IMG/VR virus record: IMGVR_UViG_3300046536_000256
Span: 169,284 to 233,283 of that record
Reading direction: 5' to 3' (one strand)
DNA length: 64,000 bases
Shown here: positions 39,732 through 48,573 of the stretch, piece by piece
Layout: each line of letters starts with the position of its first letter
How positions within the stretch are numbered: position 1 is the stretch's first letter
Made by a program: the position numbers and the translations under genes
The notes under the pieces: generated by a model
What the model saw: the letters and a program-made list of their open reading frames with translations, nothing else
What the model was told of the DNA's origin: nothing
Databases searched by the model: none

Positions 39732-39886
39732 TTCATTACTCCTGTCTTTAAAGGGTGTGCGTTCAGCCCATTACGTGGCTTTGTAGAAGATTGATCTTTC
39801 GGTATTTCAATACCTTGCAGCCGTGGTGGAATCTTTATAGACGCCACATACTGAGTCTCTGAATTCTGTTTTACTTTGGTATCCAT
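39728..39886 (-). CDS. small hypothetical protein (52 aa)
   Basis: Manual translation MDTKVKQNSETQYVASIKIPPRLQGIEIPKDQSSTKPRNGLNAHPLKTGVMK*; AAGGA RBS; stop overlaps the next start (GTGA). Confidence 0.5.
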   Translation of the reverse strand: MDTKVKQNSETQYVASIKIPPRLQGIEIPKDQSSTKPRNGLNAHPLKTGVMK

Positions 39887-39909
39887 ACGGGCTATTCCTT
39901 AAAGGACAA

Positions 39910-42765
39910 ATGATTATGTACAACCCATTCTCGGTTGGTGTAAAACAGACCGGAGTCTATGTTCATGTAACAGGGGTCTCGTTTTACAACCTGGCCAAGG
40001 ACATCGAGAAGTTCTACTCAACGGCACTTGTTACAAAGTATATGATTCGCCGTGAGACCTGGGACACGATCAAAGTCCACAATTTCTTTTTGGTTGAATT
40101 GCATTTCTTACTGGGCGAATTGCTTAAGTTAAAGACCCTGCGCAGCCGTCGTCGTGCTTTGAGTGAACTGCGACAATTACTGGAGACCGAGACTTGGATT
40201 AAGGACACGGTCACTCCTTCGGGCAAACCTTTCGACTTCAAACGATTGGACGCCTTTACCAAGAAGCCTTTCCCGAAACAACAGGAGTTCTTGGAACAGT
40301 ACCCGCTGATCTGTAAGAGTTACCACCTTAAAGGCATCCTGCTGGACTCTGTGCCGGGTTCGGGCAAAGCAATGCCTAAGAGTACCAATGTCAAGGTACC
40401 GGGCGGCTGGAAGCCTCTGGGGTTGATCCAGGTGGGTGACCAAGTGATGACCCCGAAAGGAACGGTCACTCAGGTAGCCGCGGTGCACCCACAAGGTGTT
40501 ACCGAAGTTTATCGCTTTCACTTCGAAGACGGGCGTTGGGCGGACTCTCACCCTGAACACTTGTGGCAGGTGGATGAGATCAGCTACGTTGATGGGGAAA
40601 CCATCATCACCCCCGACAACGTTACCACCACACAAGACATCTTGGATCATTTTCAGGATTACGAGTATCAGATCCCGTTGGTTGGCAAAATCAATGGCTT
40701 GCTGTGCGCTGAAGGGGTTGCCTCCATTGAGGTGGCTGAAGAGTTATTGCTATCAAGTATAGTGATGGACGATCCGGTTTTGGAACTGCCGTACGTTGAA
40801 CGGTTTAACATTGCTAAGGCGATGCTTGGTCGTTCGGGCTGCCAGATCTCTCCAAGGGGCGTTGCGTTCGTTACCACTAACGGAATGGCCGCTTCTAACT
40901 TCCAGTCGTTGATCTGGAGTTTGGGTGGCATCGCTGAGAAGACCGTGTTTAACGACACCAGCTTCCGGATAGATGTCTACCATCAGGACATTGAAGAGTT
41001 GGTCAAAGACCTGCTAGGTCCAAGTCTGCAATTGGATCAAGTCCTTGACTTGTCGGTCTACCAGAACCTGCGGCTGAAGATCGTGGGTGTTGAGAAACGG
41101 GCCAACGAAGAAACCCTCTGCATTACAGTGGATGACGCTGATCACTTGTTTGTGGTGGACGACTACATTGTCACGCACAACACCTTCACGTCGTTGATGT
41201 GGTCGCACCTACTGGGTGATAACAAGACCATCATCATCTGCCCGCTAAATATTGTGGACAGCGTGTGGATGGCTCAGATCAAGGAGCACTTCAAAGTCAC
41301 TCCTCGGATCTGGAACAGCAAGATGGGGATCCCGCTGAACGGTAACTACGATTACTACATCGTACACTACGACGCGCTGGTGGGTCCTCGTTTCGCTTAC
41401 CTGCGGGAATGGATGAAGGACATACTCAGAACGGACAAGAAAAAGTTCAAACTGATTGTGGACGAGTCGCAGAACTTTAACGAGATCACGGCGAAACAAA
41501 CCCAGAACCTGATTGAGTTGGCTGACCTACAATTGTTCAGTGATGCTCTGCCGGTGTCTGGGACGCCGTTCAAGGCGTTGGGGAGCGAAATCTACCCCAT
41601 GCTCTGCATCTTCGACTTGCACTTCGACAGCATCGCTAGGGAGTTCTTTAAAGCGTCGTATGGGCGTAACCGACCTTCGCTCATGGGAATGTTGTCTCAC
41701 CGGATTGGGCGGAGTAAGTTTACCATCCCTGAGTTGTTAGGATTGGGTGATGCGCCAGCGATTGAGATCGTCAAGGTACAGGTCCCGAACAGTGACAAGT
41801 ACACGCTCGACTCGATCAAGCTGGAGATGCAGGTCTACATCCAGGAACGGGTGGCTTTCTACGAAGAACAGATGCCTAAATACATCGCCTTCTTCAATGA
41901 AATCCTGAAAGACTACGAGTTCGACAACATGAAGAATCCGCACGAACTGGAGAACCTGAAGAAGTACCGGGTGATCGTGAAACGGTTCCGTGAGAAAGGG
42001 TACAGCAGCTTTACTGACTCACAGGACAGCATGTTCTGTAAACGGGTAGAGGAGGACATCGAGAAGCGGCTTAGAGGTAAAGATCTCGCAGATTTCCGTA
42101 ATGTGAAGTCCGCAGTGAAGTACCTAGGGTTGAAACTTCGGGGTGAAGCACTCGGTAACGTTCTCGGTCGCGCGCGCATCAATGCGATCAAAGAAACCAT
42201 TGAACACGCCAAGCTCGAAGACTACATCAACGACGTTGAGAAGAAGACGGTGATCTTTACCTCTTACGTTGACGTCCTGAAGCTCTGTGACGAGTACCTG
42301 ACGCGAAAAGGCTTCACTGGGATCACAGTGTACGGTGAAAACAGTAAAGACCGTGACGCGGCGATTAAGCGCTTTGCAGAAGACCCTCGGGTTAACCCAT
42401 TGACCGCGGTGTACGACTCCCTTAAGGAAGGTTACCCGTTGTTGATGGCTAACCAAGAGTTGTTGCTCAATGCCCCATGGCGTGACTTTGAACTGAAACA
42501 AGTTCAAGCCCGCATCTGGCGTACAGGGCAAGATGCTCCATGCTTCTTCCGGATGTTCGATATGGACACTGGGGATAAGGTCAACATCACTACACGCAGT
42601 ATCAACGTGATGGAATGGTCGAAGGAACAGGTCGACGCCTTGTTGGGTCGTAGTGAAGGGCATGCCTTGCTTGCTGACGTTACGGGCGAGGAGATGTTTG
42701 ACATGAGTGACGAAGCGTTTAGTCGTCCAATGTTCCGCAGTAACAGTGTGTTGGATCTGTTCTAA
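39910..42765 (+). CDS. SNF2/DExD-like helicase, intein-containing precursor
   Basis: Walker A PGSGK|T split by an intein, Walker B LIVDESQ, SGTP, QVQARIWRTGQ. Confidence 0.9.
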   Translation: MIMYNPFSVGVKQTGVYVHVTGVSFYNLAKDIEKFYSTALVTKYMIRRETWDTIKVHNFFLVELHFLLGELLKLKTLRSRRRALSELRQLLETETWIKDTVTPSGKPFDFKRLDAFTKKPFPKQQEFLEQYPLICKSYHLKGILLDSVPGSGKAMPKSTNVKVPGGWKPLGLIQVGDQVMTPKGTVTQVAAVHPQGVTEVYRFHFEDGRWADSHPEHLWQVDEISYVDGETIITPDNVTTTQDILDHFQDYEYQIPLVGKINGLLCAEGVASIEVAEELLLSSIVMDDPVLELPYVERFNIAKAMLGRSGCQISPRGVAFVTTNGMAASNFQSLIWSLGGIAEKTVFNDTSFRIDVYHQDIEELVKDLLGPSLQLDQVLDLSVYQNLRLKIVGVEKRANEETLCITVDDADHLFVVDDYIVTHNTFTSLMWSHLLGDNKTIIICPLNIVDSVWMAQIKEHFKVTPRIWNSKMGIPLNGNYDYYIVHYDALVGPRFAYLREWMKDILRTDKKKFKLIVDESQNFNEITAKQTQNLIELADLQLFSDALPVSGTPFKALGSEIYPMLCIFDLHFDSIAREFFKASYGRNRPSLMGMLSHRIGRSKFTIPELLGLGDAPAIEIVKVQVPNSDKYTLDSIKLEMQVYIQERVAFYEEQMPKYIAFFNEILKDYEFDNMKNPHELENLKKYRVIVKRFREKGYSSFTDSQDSMFCKRVEEDIEKRLRGKDLADFRNVKSAVKYLGLKLRGEALGNVLGRARINAIKETIEHAKLEDYINDVEKKTVIFTSYVDVLKLCDEYLTRKGFTGITVYGENSKDRDAAIKRFAEDPRVNPLTAVYDSLKEGYPLLMANQELLLNAPWRDFELKQVQARIWRTGQDAPCFFRMFDMDTGDKVNITTRSINVMEWSKEQVDALLGRSEGHALLADVTGEEMFDMSDEAFSRPMFRSNSVLDLF
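40369..41181 (+). mobile_element. intein (271 aa), Ala1 class-3 type, with a degenerate LAGLIDADG remnant
   Basis: Begins AMPKST after GSGK; block B HPEHLW; block F TLCITV...HLF; ends VTHN followed by Thr(+1). Confidence 0.9.
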
Positions 42766-42781
42766 GACAAAAAAAATAAAC

Positions 42782-42818
42782 TAATAACCAGAGAGGCTTA
42801 ATGCCTCTCTGGTTATTA
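42782..42818. terminator. bidirectional hairpin
   Basis: TAATAACCAGAGAGGC-ttaat-GCCTCTCTGGTTATTA, 16-bp stem. Confidence 0.75.
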
Positions 42819-42823
42819 ACTGC

Positions 42824-43117
42824 TTATAGTGCAAAGAGTTTCTTAAAGAACAAGGATAGCCAACCACTGCGGTTCTCGGCAACTGCATCTTGTTCAAATT
42901 CTTTCTGTAGGTGTACAATTTGTTTAGCAATCTTGCTAACCTCTCGAGTCAAAGCCTTAGAGTTTTCTGAGTACAGCATGGCTTTATCACGAGTAAGAGC
43001 CGTCATACCCTTCACGCGCAGTTCTTCTGCACGCTTGGTCAGCTCTTCCGATTCACGATTAAGGTCTTCGATAATTCGTCCATGGGTTGCTGCGGTCACA
43101 CCAGATTTGCGGTACAT
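42824..43117 (-). CDS. small helical hypothetical protein
   Basis: 97-aa ORF in the early minus-strand array. Confidence 0.7.
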   Translation of the reverse strand: MYRKSGVTAATHGRIIEDLNRESEELTKRAEELRVKGMTALTRDKAMLYSENSKALTREVSKIAKQIVHLQKEFEQDAVAENRSGWLSLFFKKLFAL

Positions 43118-43141
43118 AACCGTTCCTTTTTGGTAGAGTGA

Positions 43142-43378
43142 TTAATCCATCGCCAAGAGTTTCCCCATGGCAACTTTGATTTGGGCTTGCGTTTTAGTAG
43201 CCATTGCAGCAAAGCGATCAGACTCAACCGCAGTCCTTGCATTGTAGGCTTGCTGGGTGAGGTTGTACGACTCTTCTTCCAGCTCGGCGATTTCATCTTG
43301 CAACATAAAGCGCATGCGGACGATGTTAACCTGAGCGTCCATTTGAACGTTGTTGAAACCTGGGATAATGCGGATCAT
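43142..43378 (-). CDS. small helical hypothetical protein
   Basis: 78-aa ORF with AGGA RBS. Confidence 0.7.
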   Translation of the reverse strand: MIRIIPGFNNVQMDAQVNIVRMRFMLQDEIAELEEESYNLTQQAYNARTAVESDRFAAMATKTQAQIKVAMGKLLAMD

Positions 43379-43392
43379 TGTGTTGTTCCTAA

Positions 43393-43656
43393 TTAGTTAG
43401 CGAGTGCGCCGTACATGCCGGTGTATTCGGCAATCATGATGTCCAGCTTCTGTTGCGCTTCCTTGTGCATGGTCCGCGCAACGAATTGGTCACGAGGGTC
43501 AGCCATGGAAGTGATGCAGTCTTTGTAGCACTGCACGGTGAACGCTTGTGCTTCGATCTTCCAGCGCAGTTCCAGAGGGCTAGCACCAACTGGGTACTTA
43601 GGCAGGGAAGCTTTAACGGCTTTCTTTGCAACAGGAAACTGGATGACGTTGTTCAT
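43393..43656 (-). CDS. small hypothetical protein
   Basis: 87-aa ORF, GGAG RBS, downstream of an early promoter. Confidence 0.75.
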   Translation of the reverse strand: MNNVIQFPVAKKAVKASLPKYPVGASPLELRWKIEAQAFTVQCYKDCITSMADPRDQFVARTMHKEAQQKLDIMIAEYTGMYGALAN

Positions 43657-43702
43657 GCTTATTGCTCCATAAGGGGAAAGACATTAGTTGTCTTATCCTC
43701 CT

Positions 43703-43720
43703 AGTTATATAGGTCTGAAA
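43703..43720 (-). promoter_or_regulatory. early promoter motif TTTCAGACCTATATAACT
   Basis: One mismatch to the 27902 copy. Confidence 0.7.
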
Positions 43721-43739
43721 CAAAATGTAAGTTAAATTA

Positions 43740-43774
43740 ATAACCCTATCCACCCAATGGGTGGATAGGGTTAT
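43740..43774. terminator. near-perfect palindrome / terminator
   Basis: ATAACCCTATCCACCCA-a-TGGGTGGATAGGGTTAT. Confidence 0.7.
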
Positions 43775-43778
43775 ACCG

Positions 43779-44141
43779 TCAGCCGAAGCACAGCTCTTCT
43801 TTAAAGGTAGGGCCGAGGTCCCATTCCCAGACGGAGATCTTCACCATGTTGTCTTCACACAGCGCCCATTCGCGGTAGCTCTCGACATGCTCGTCGAGTT
43901 CTTCCTTGGACTTGAAGTACTTGGTGGAGCCTTCCTTCTCCCAGCCCATTGGCCAGGTGCTGCAACGGGTAACGACCTTGTACTCGTCGTCCGGCGCCCA
44001 GCCTTCACCCTCGGCAATAACCTTGGCGAAGTGGGCTTTGAACACGTCACCGATCCACGCTGAAGTGAGTTCCCCATCAGGAGTGACGATGTGGACAGCA
44101 GACTTACCGGCAACTTGACTTACATGCATTACGTTGGTCAT
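43779..44141 (-). CDS. hypothetical protein
   Basis: 120-aa ORF with AAGGA RBS, downstream of an early promoter. Confidence 0.75.
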   Translation of the reverse strand: MTNVMHVSQVAGKSAVHIVTPDGELTSAWIGDVFKAHFAKVIAEGEGWAPDDEYKVVTRCSTWPMGWEKEGSTKYFKSKEELDEHVESYREWALCEDNMVKISVWEWDLGPTFKEELCFG

Positions 44142-44187
44142 GATAAATTCCTTGTGCGACAGAAAGATTTGTATTACTTACTAAACG

Positions 44188-44205
44188 AGTAATATAGATC
44201 CAAAA
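44188..44205 (-). promoter_or_regulatory. early promoter motif TTTTGGATCTATATTACT
   Basis: TATATTAC core. Confidence 0.65.
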
Positions 44206-44221
44206 AGAAATGTAAGTTAAA

Positions 44222-44257
44222 TATACTTCTACCCGCCAAACGGCGGGTAGAAGTATA
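44222..44257. terminator. hairpin terminator
   Basis: TATACTTCTACCCGCC-aaac-GGCGGGTAGAAGTATA, 16-bp stem. Confidence 0.75.
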
Positions 44258-44262
44258 AGGGG

Positions 44263-44493
44263 TTATTTACAGGATCGGGATAGAGCTAACTTGTAAGCCA
44301 GGCTGCGAAGTTCACTCGCCTGGATAACCGCGTTCTCTCTTTCCCGAACGCTCGGAAGAAAAGGCATAGTGCGCATCAGGGCATCGGCTCGTCTGTGCAT
44401 GTCCTTAATCTGAGCATCACCTGTACCCCAACGCTTCAGTAACTTTCGTTTCCGTTGCTTGGGGAACCCGTCATACGACCGAAGCTTAACCAT
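44263..44493 (-). CDS. small basic hypothetical protein
   Basis: 76-aa ORF overlapping the upstream gene. Confidence 0.6.
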   Translation of the reverse strand: MVKLRSYDGFPKQRKRKLLKRWGTGDAQIKDMHRRADALMRTMPFLPSVRERENAVIQASELRSLAYKLALSRSCK

Positions 44494-44848
44494 TCTTGTA
44501 AATGTCCAACAGTTCTTCTACTCCACGGATACCGGCTTCCATGGTAACCTGCTCGTTGGTACGGTGCTCCATCAAACGCATCAGCGACAGGACGCCATCA
44601 CGAGATGCGGCGTACACCAAGGGTGGGTCTTCCTTATCAATCCACACCATCAGCCAAACGTTCTTGAAGTAATCGGCAGGAACTTCACCCTGCTCATGTG
44701 GACCCAACAACCCCAGACGGCGTAGACACGTACGACGCCCAAGGATTACCTGGCCTTCACGCAGAACACCCACCACAACCTTTTCAGCCGGCACTTCTTT
44801 CTTTAAATCACTAGGACGTCGTTGCATGCCATTCCCCTTCTTGTTCAT
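44486..44848 (-). CDS. hypothetical protein
   Basis: 120-aa ORF, 4-nt overlap with the upstream gene. Confidence 0.65.
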   Translation of the reverse strand: MNKKGNGMQRRPSDLKKEVPAEKVVVGVLREGQVILGRRTCLRRLGLLGPHEQGEVPADYFKNVWLMVWIDKEDPPLVYAASRDGVLSLMRLMEHRTNEQVTMEAGIRGVEELLDIYKNG

Positions 44849-45168
44849 TCCGCAAGTGTTAAAAGGATTACGTACTTGGTTACCGTGAATGCAAGCAGCC
44901 TACCCGTCAAAGCAGCTCGTCGAATATCAGCCGCCACCCGCACGAGTTCATCCACGGTGTACACCAGAAACATCCCAGCTGCATCCTCATCCAAGTCCAG
45001 CTCGTTATTGATGAATCCACAGGTCATCTCGTAGTGATGACACTCGTCGGTTGCCGCCCACCGCGGTAGTAAGGTGTTGAGAAGATCAACCATACATTCA
45101 GGGGTCAAACCGGCCTGCTCAATTCGATCAGGTATTTCCCCCAAGGGAATAGTTCGTGTAAGGGACAT
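44845..45168 (-). CDS. hypothetical protein
   Basis: 107-aa ORF. Confidence 0.7.
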   Translation of the reverse strand: MSLTRTIPLGEIPDRIEQAGLTPECMVDLLNTLLPRWAATDECHHYEMTCGFINNELDLDEDAAGMFLVYTVDELVRVAADIRRAALTGRLLAFTVTKYVILLTLAE

Positions 45169-45171
45169 TGC

Positions 45172-45753
45172 TCACCCCCGCTGCATCTGCTCACAGTACT
45201 GTTCAACCCGCGCAGACGAAACACCTTGTTCGGTTAGGCTGGCAAAGAACTCTTTGGTGAATTCCTGGTGGACCTTACGCGGAATACCAGAGAACCCGCA
45301 CTCATGGAACAACAGGACCTTGCCAATAAAGGCTTTGATCTTCTGCTCTTCCATCCAGCCTTCAACGACGGAGTTGATGATCTCGTCTTCATCGTCCGGG
45401 TTCCACTTATCGTTCTCACGCAACCACTTCGGGTTAGCCTTGATCTCGATCCCGTAGATCTTGTTGTCGTCCATGATCATGCCATGGTTCCCTTCATCAC
45501 GAAGCTGCTTCATGAGGATAGGGAGGTCGCCCATTTCCCGGAAAGCTTCTTCCAGGAACTTCACCGGATACTTCGCGGTGCACACGTTGTGAATGATGCT
45601 GCGCTGGATGAAGGCAGGGATACCCGGCGTGATCTTCTTGGCCAGCTTCACCAACTTCTTAGGGTTGGTGGTCCAGTTAGCCTGGAAGTAACGCAGCACT
45701 TGGTTTTCTTGCTCTAGGGGCGGAAGGCTTTCATCTACCTTGAACTCGTTCAT
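45172..45753 (-). CDS. hypothetical protein
   Basis: 193-aa ORF. Confidence 0.75.
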   Translation of the reverse strand: MNEFKVDESLPPLEQENQVLRYFQANWTTNPKKLVKLAKKITPGIPAFIQRSIIHNVCTAKYPVKFLEEAFREMGDLPILMKQLRDEGNHGMIMDDNKIYGIEIKANPKWLRENDKWNPDDEDEIINSVVEGWMEEQKIKAFIGKVLLFHECGFSGIPRKVHQEFTKEFFASLTEQGVSSARVEQYCEQMQRG

Positions 45754-46130
45754 TGCGATTCTTTCCAGTTCTTGATAGCGTTGTGGAAACCTTCGACGAA
45801 GTTGGCGAAGTCCTGGTCACCCGTGATCGGGTGTTCGTTATGCTCATAATACAAGTGGGCTGCTTCGTTGTTTGGGATTACCGTTAACGAGTAACTACCC
45901 AAATGCTCGGGCAGGGCATCTTCAAGGACGATAAGTTCGAAGTCACCGACGTAGTAATCGCCTTCTTTCAACCGGGCGCCGAAGATGTTAGGGCCTACCC
46001 GTGTTGGGAGCACACTAACACTTTTGGCAACCCCCTTGTCATTCGAGAAGTTTACCAGCAGGCTATGGTCAGACGACGGAGCGCCTTCGGTCAGCCCTTC
46101 GCGCCACTTAGCAAATAACTCTTTGTCCAC
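45750..46130 (-). CDS. hypothetical protein
   Basis: 126-aa ORF. Confidence 0.7.
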   Translation of the reverse strand: MDKELFAKWREGLTEGAPSSDHSLLVNFSNDKGVAKSVSVLPTRVGPNIFGARLKEGDYYVGDFELIVLEDALPEHLGSYSLTVIPNNEAAHLYYEHNEHPITGDQDFANFVEGFHNAIKNWKESQ

Positions 46131-46140
46131 GAGGGACTCC

Positions 46141-46530
46141 TTACGAGAAGAGGTGGGTAATCATTTCCGATAGCGTGCGGCCACCAGAAGGTTCAGGACA
46201 CTGCTCTTTGTTCGCCCCAGTGATATTGTTGAAGTGAACATCGGCCAAGGTGTGGGTAACGAAGAACAAACCCTTTTCCATCCCAGCGGTTTCGCTGTAC
46301 ACGACATAAACAGTACGGCTGGCGCTTGGACGATCGGTACTAGCGGCTACCAGCTCTTGACGCCGCAGAATGGTCTTAGCTTGGGTAACCCGATCGACCC
46401 CTTCTTTCAAAAGACCAATGTCAGCGATCTTGAGTTGTGCGCCGGAGAACAACCCCTGCTTCAGCCCACCCAACTCTTCCAGCTTCTCGTTCAACAACGG
46501 GAGGCCGGTTGGAATTTTGTCATTGTTCAT
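46141..46530 (-). CDS. hypothetical protein
   Basis: 129-aa ORF. Confidence 0.7.
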   Translation of the reverse strand: MNNDKIPTGLPLLNEKLEELGGLKQGLFSGAQLKIADIGLLKEGVDRVTQAKTILRRQELVAASTDRPSASRTVYVVYSETAGMEKGLFFVTHTLADVHFNNITGANKEQCPEPSGGRTLSEMITHLFS

Positions 46531-46531
46531 T

Positions 46532-46759
46532 TCAAAGCCCTTGTCTAATTTTGTCTTCGCGCCGAACGATGATCATTTGCAATTCGCTAATACGGATCAC
46601 CGCGCTTTCACGATCAATGTACGTTGCCATCATGTCGATGGAGTTACGGAGGGTTACAATTTGTTTCTTAAGGATGGCGAGTTCCGTCAACTCCTGCATG
46701 CCCGGCATCGTGTTGCCTTTCCGTTCACGGTACGGATGGATATCGACTACTTGTCCCAA
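46532..46759 (-). CDS. small helical hypothetical protein (MGQVV-type)
   Basis: 75-aa ORF abutting its neighbours. Confidence 0.7.
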   Translation of the reverse strand: MGQVVDIHPYRERKGNTMPGMQELTELAILKKQIVTLRNSIDMMATYIDRESAVIRISELQMIIVRREDKIRQGL

Positions 46760-46760
46760 T

Positions 46761-47027
46761 TTAACATTCCTTATAGTTGCCGGGTATTAAACGATCCTTG
46801 GGCGCCGATAAACCAACGCTAAGGAAATAGTACACGCGCCGTTCATTAACCTCTTCTATCAGTTCATTAGCCCGCTTCAGGATTTCCGCCCGATAGGCAA
46901 AAGACATCGTGGGTCTGAGTGACGCGAACAGTTGCTCCGCCCGGAAGATCAATAATCCGATTGCTTGCAACTCCTGCATGCGCTTGAGATCGCAATAGAT
47001 ATTCTTAAGCGGAACAACCTGTCCCAT
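46761..47027 (-). CDS. small helical hypothetical protein (MGQVV-type)
   Basis: 88-aa ORF with GGAGG RBS. Confidence 0.7.
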   Translation of the reverse strand: MGQVVPLKNIYCDLKRMQELQAIGLLIFRAEQLFASLRPTMSFAYRAEILKRANELIEEVNERRVYYFLSVGLSAPKDRLIPGNYKEC

Positions 47028-47036
47028 AACCCCTCC

Positions 47037-47255
47037 TTACTTGTAAAAATGGATAATAACCAACACAACATAAAACAGATATACCAGCAAAGCGAACGCA
47101 CCAATGAAGGCGGTAATAAAACGGGCAACATGTACAAACAAACTGTTATCCACTTTACCGAACCGCTTCCACCAGTACCACGCACCCCCTGAACAAAAGA
47201 GGACGAGTAAGGTCATATAGACGAACTGCATCAGAACTTCGCCTGTTCGATCCAC
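47037..47255 (-). CDS. small two-TM membrane protein
   Basis: Two hydrophobic segments; the true start may be the internal MQFVY. Confidence 0.65.
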   Translation of the reverse strand: MDRTGEVLMQFVYMTLLVLFCSGGAWYWWKRFGKVDNSLFVHVARFITAFIGAFALLVYLFYVVLVIIHFYK

Positions 47256-48523
47256 TCTGCATTGCAGGCAAAGAACTCTTCCGGAGATTTATACTCCTGA
47301 GTAACTTCACCGTTTTCCCAGATCTTGAGGTTAGCCGACATGAAGTTGGCCTGTACCTTGTTACCACGCTTCGACAACAACCGACCGAGATCGTTGATGT
47401 CTTCTTTCTCCAGCGCGTAGAGCGGACAGAAGTTCGTTTGTTCGCCAACCTTCCAGTTTACGAAGAGGGCGATGTCACGGTTGAACTTCGGTGTCTTCGA
47501 AAGGTAGATCGCCGGCAAGCCAAGTTCAGCCAGATCGTCGACGTCACCCACGAAAGGAATACCGCCCACATTACTAACCGCCAACCGACCGTAGTTCCTT
47601 TCATCGATGATCACCGGTTGGCACAGCTTTTGTGCCACGTCCATGTTGGCTTGGTTCGTCATTTCCTGACTCCCCGGTGTCGGGACGATCTGAGGGATCT
47701 CGTCTATGACAAGAGGGGCCAGATCCACATAACGACGCAAGACGTTGTAAAGACCGCCTTGCTCATGAACCCACCTTTCCAACGCCACAGCCCGACCGCC
47801 CTCTGAAGCGTTTTCGAGTTTCCTCATCACTTCTTCAAGGGTGAGGTTTGTGAGTGGATTGGTGGCTACCCGTGGGCGAATGGGATCATCACCATCGAAG
47901 TCCAGATTAGGTCGCTCAGGATCAATGATGGCTTTACTTGAAAGCACGGCGTGCGCAGCCAAGTAGGCAGGACTGGTTTTATCCACCCCTTTCAACAGTT
48001 CAGTGATAGAGTCGTCGTCGTTGATATCCAGACGAGGGACATGTCTCTCGCCAATCCACCGGCGTCGCTCAGCGAACTCGCTACGAGGCGAGATTCCGTT
48101 ATCACTGTCCTTCTTCGCCTGCTCAATGATCGGGTAGAGGCTCTCCGGCAAAGGCTGCTGCAAGTAGTGCTTGGCGGTATCCCGGATCTGCTGTATGCGC
48201 CGAGGGTCCAGTTCGTCAGGGAACGCACAGACAAAACTGATTTCTTCACCAGCAACCAACAGACGGTGAATAAACAGCCCGCGACGCGTGGTAACGTACA
48301 CTACCAGATTACCGGTGCATTCGTGCTTGTTCCGCACTACCAGCGCGATATGAGCAAGGGTGTTGTTGCGGGTATCAACCAGCGTACGGAGATAACGATC
48401 ACCCTCATTCAAAGCCGGCGGGGTGAAGTCGTACTCGTCGTACGGAATGCCATCGCTGTCACGTCCCTTCGCGCACTTGTAGTCCATGTAAGGGTTCCTT
48501 ACTTCATTATTCTCGTGTGCCAT
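47231..48523 (-). CDS. hypothetical protein
   Basis: 430-aa first gene after an early-promoter variant. Confidence 0.8.
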   Translation of the reverse strand: MAHENNEVRNPYMDYKCAKGRDSDGIPYDEYDFTPPALNEGDRYLRTLVDTRNNTLAHIALVVRNKHECTGNLVVYVTTRRGLFIHRLLVAGEEISFVCAFPDELDPRRIQQIRDTAKHYLQQPLPESLYPIIEQAKKDSDNGISPRSEFAERRRWIGERHVPRLDINDDDSITELLKGVDKTSPAYLAAHAVLSSKAIIDPERPNLDFDGDDPIRPRVATNPLTNLTLEEVMRKLENASEGGRAVALERWVHEQGGLYNVLRRYVDLAPLVIDEIPQIVPTPGSQEMTNQANMDVAQKLCQPVIIDERNYGRLAVSNVGGIPFVGDVDDLAELGLPAIYLSKTPKFNRDIALFVNWKVGEQTNFCPLYALEKEDINDLGRLLSKRGNKVQANFMSANLKIWENGEVTQEYKSPEEFFACNAEWIEQAKF

Positions 48524-48573
48524 GGTGTAATTTTCCTAAGAGAATGAAAAGACATGAATGGGTCTTACAGGAT

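Noticed and set aside
43614-43685. 23-codon out-of-frame uORF (MSFPLWSNK...) behind AGGAGG
   Set aside because: The SD-ATG spacing of 12 nt is long, the ORF is tiny, and the downstream gene has its own GGAG.
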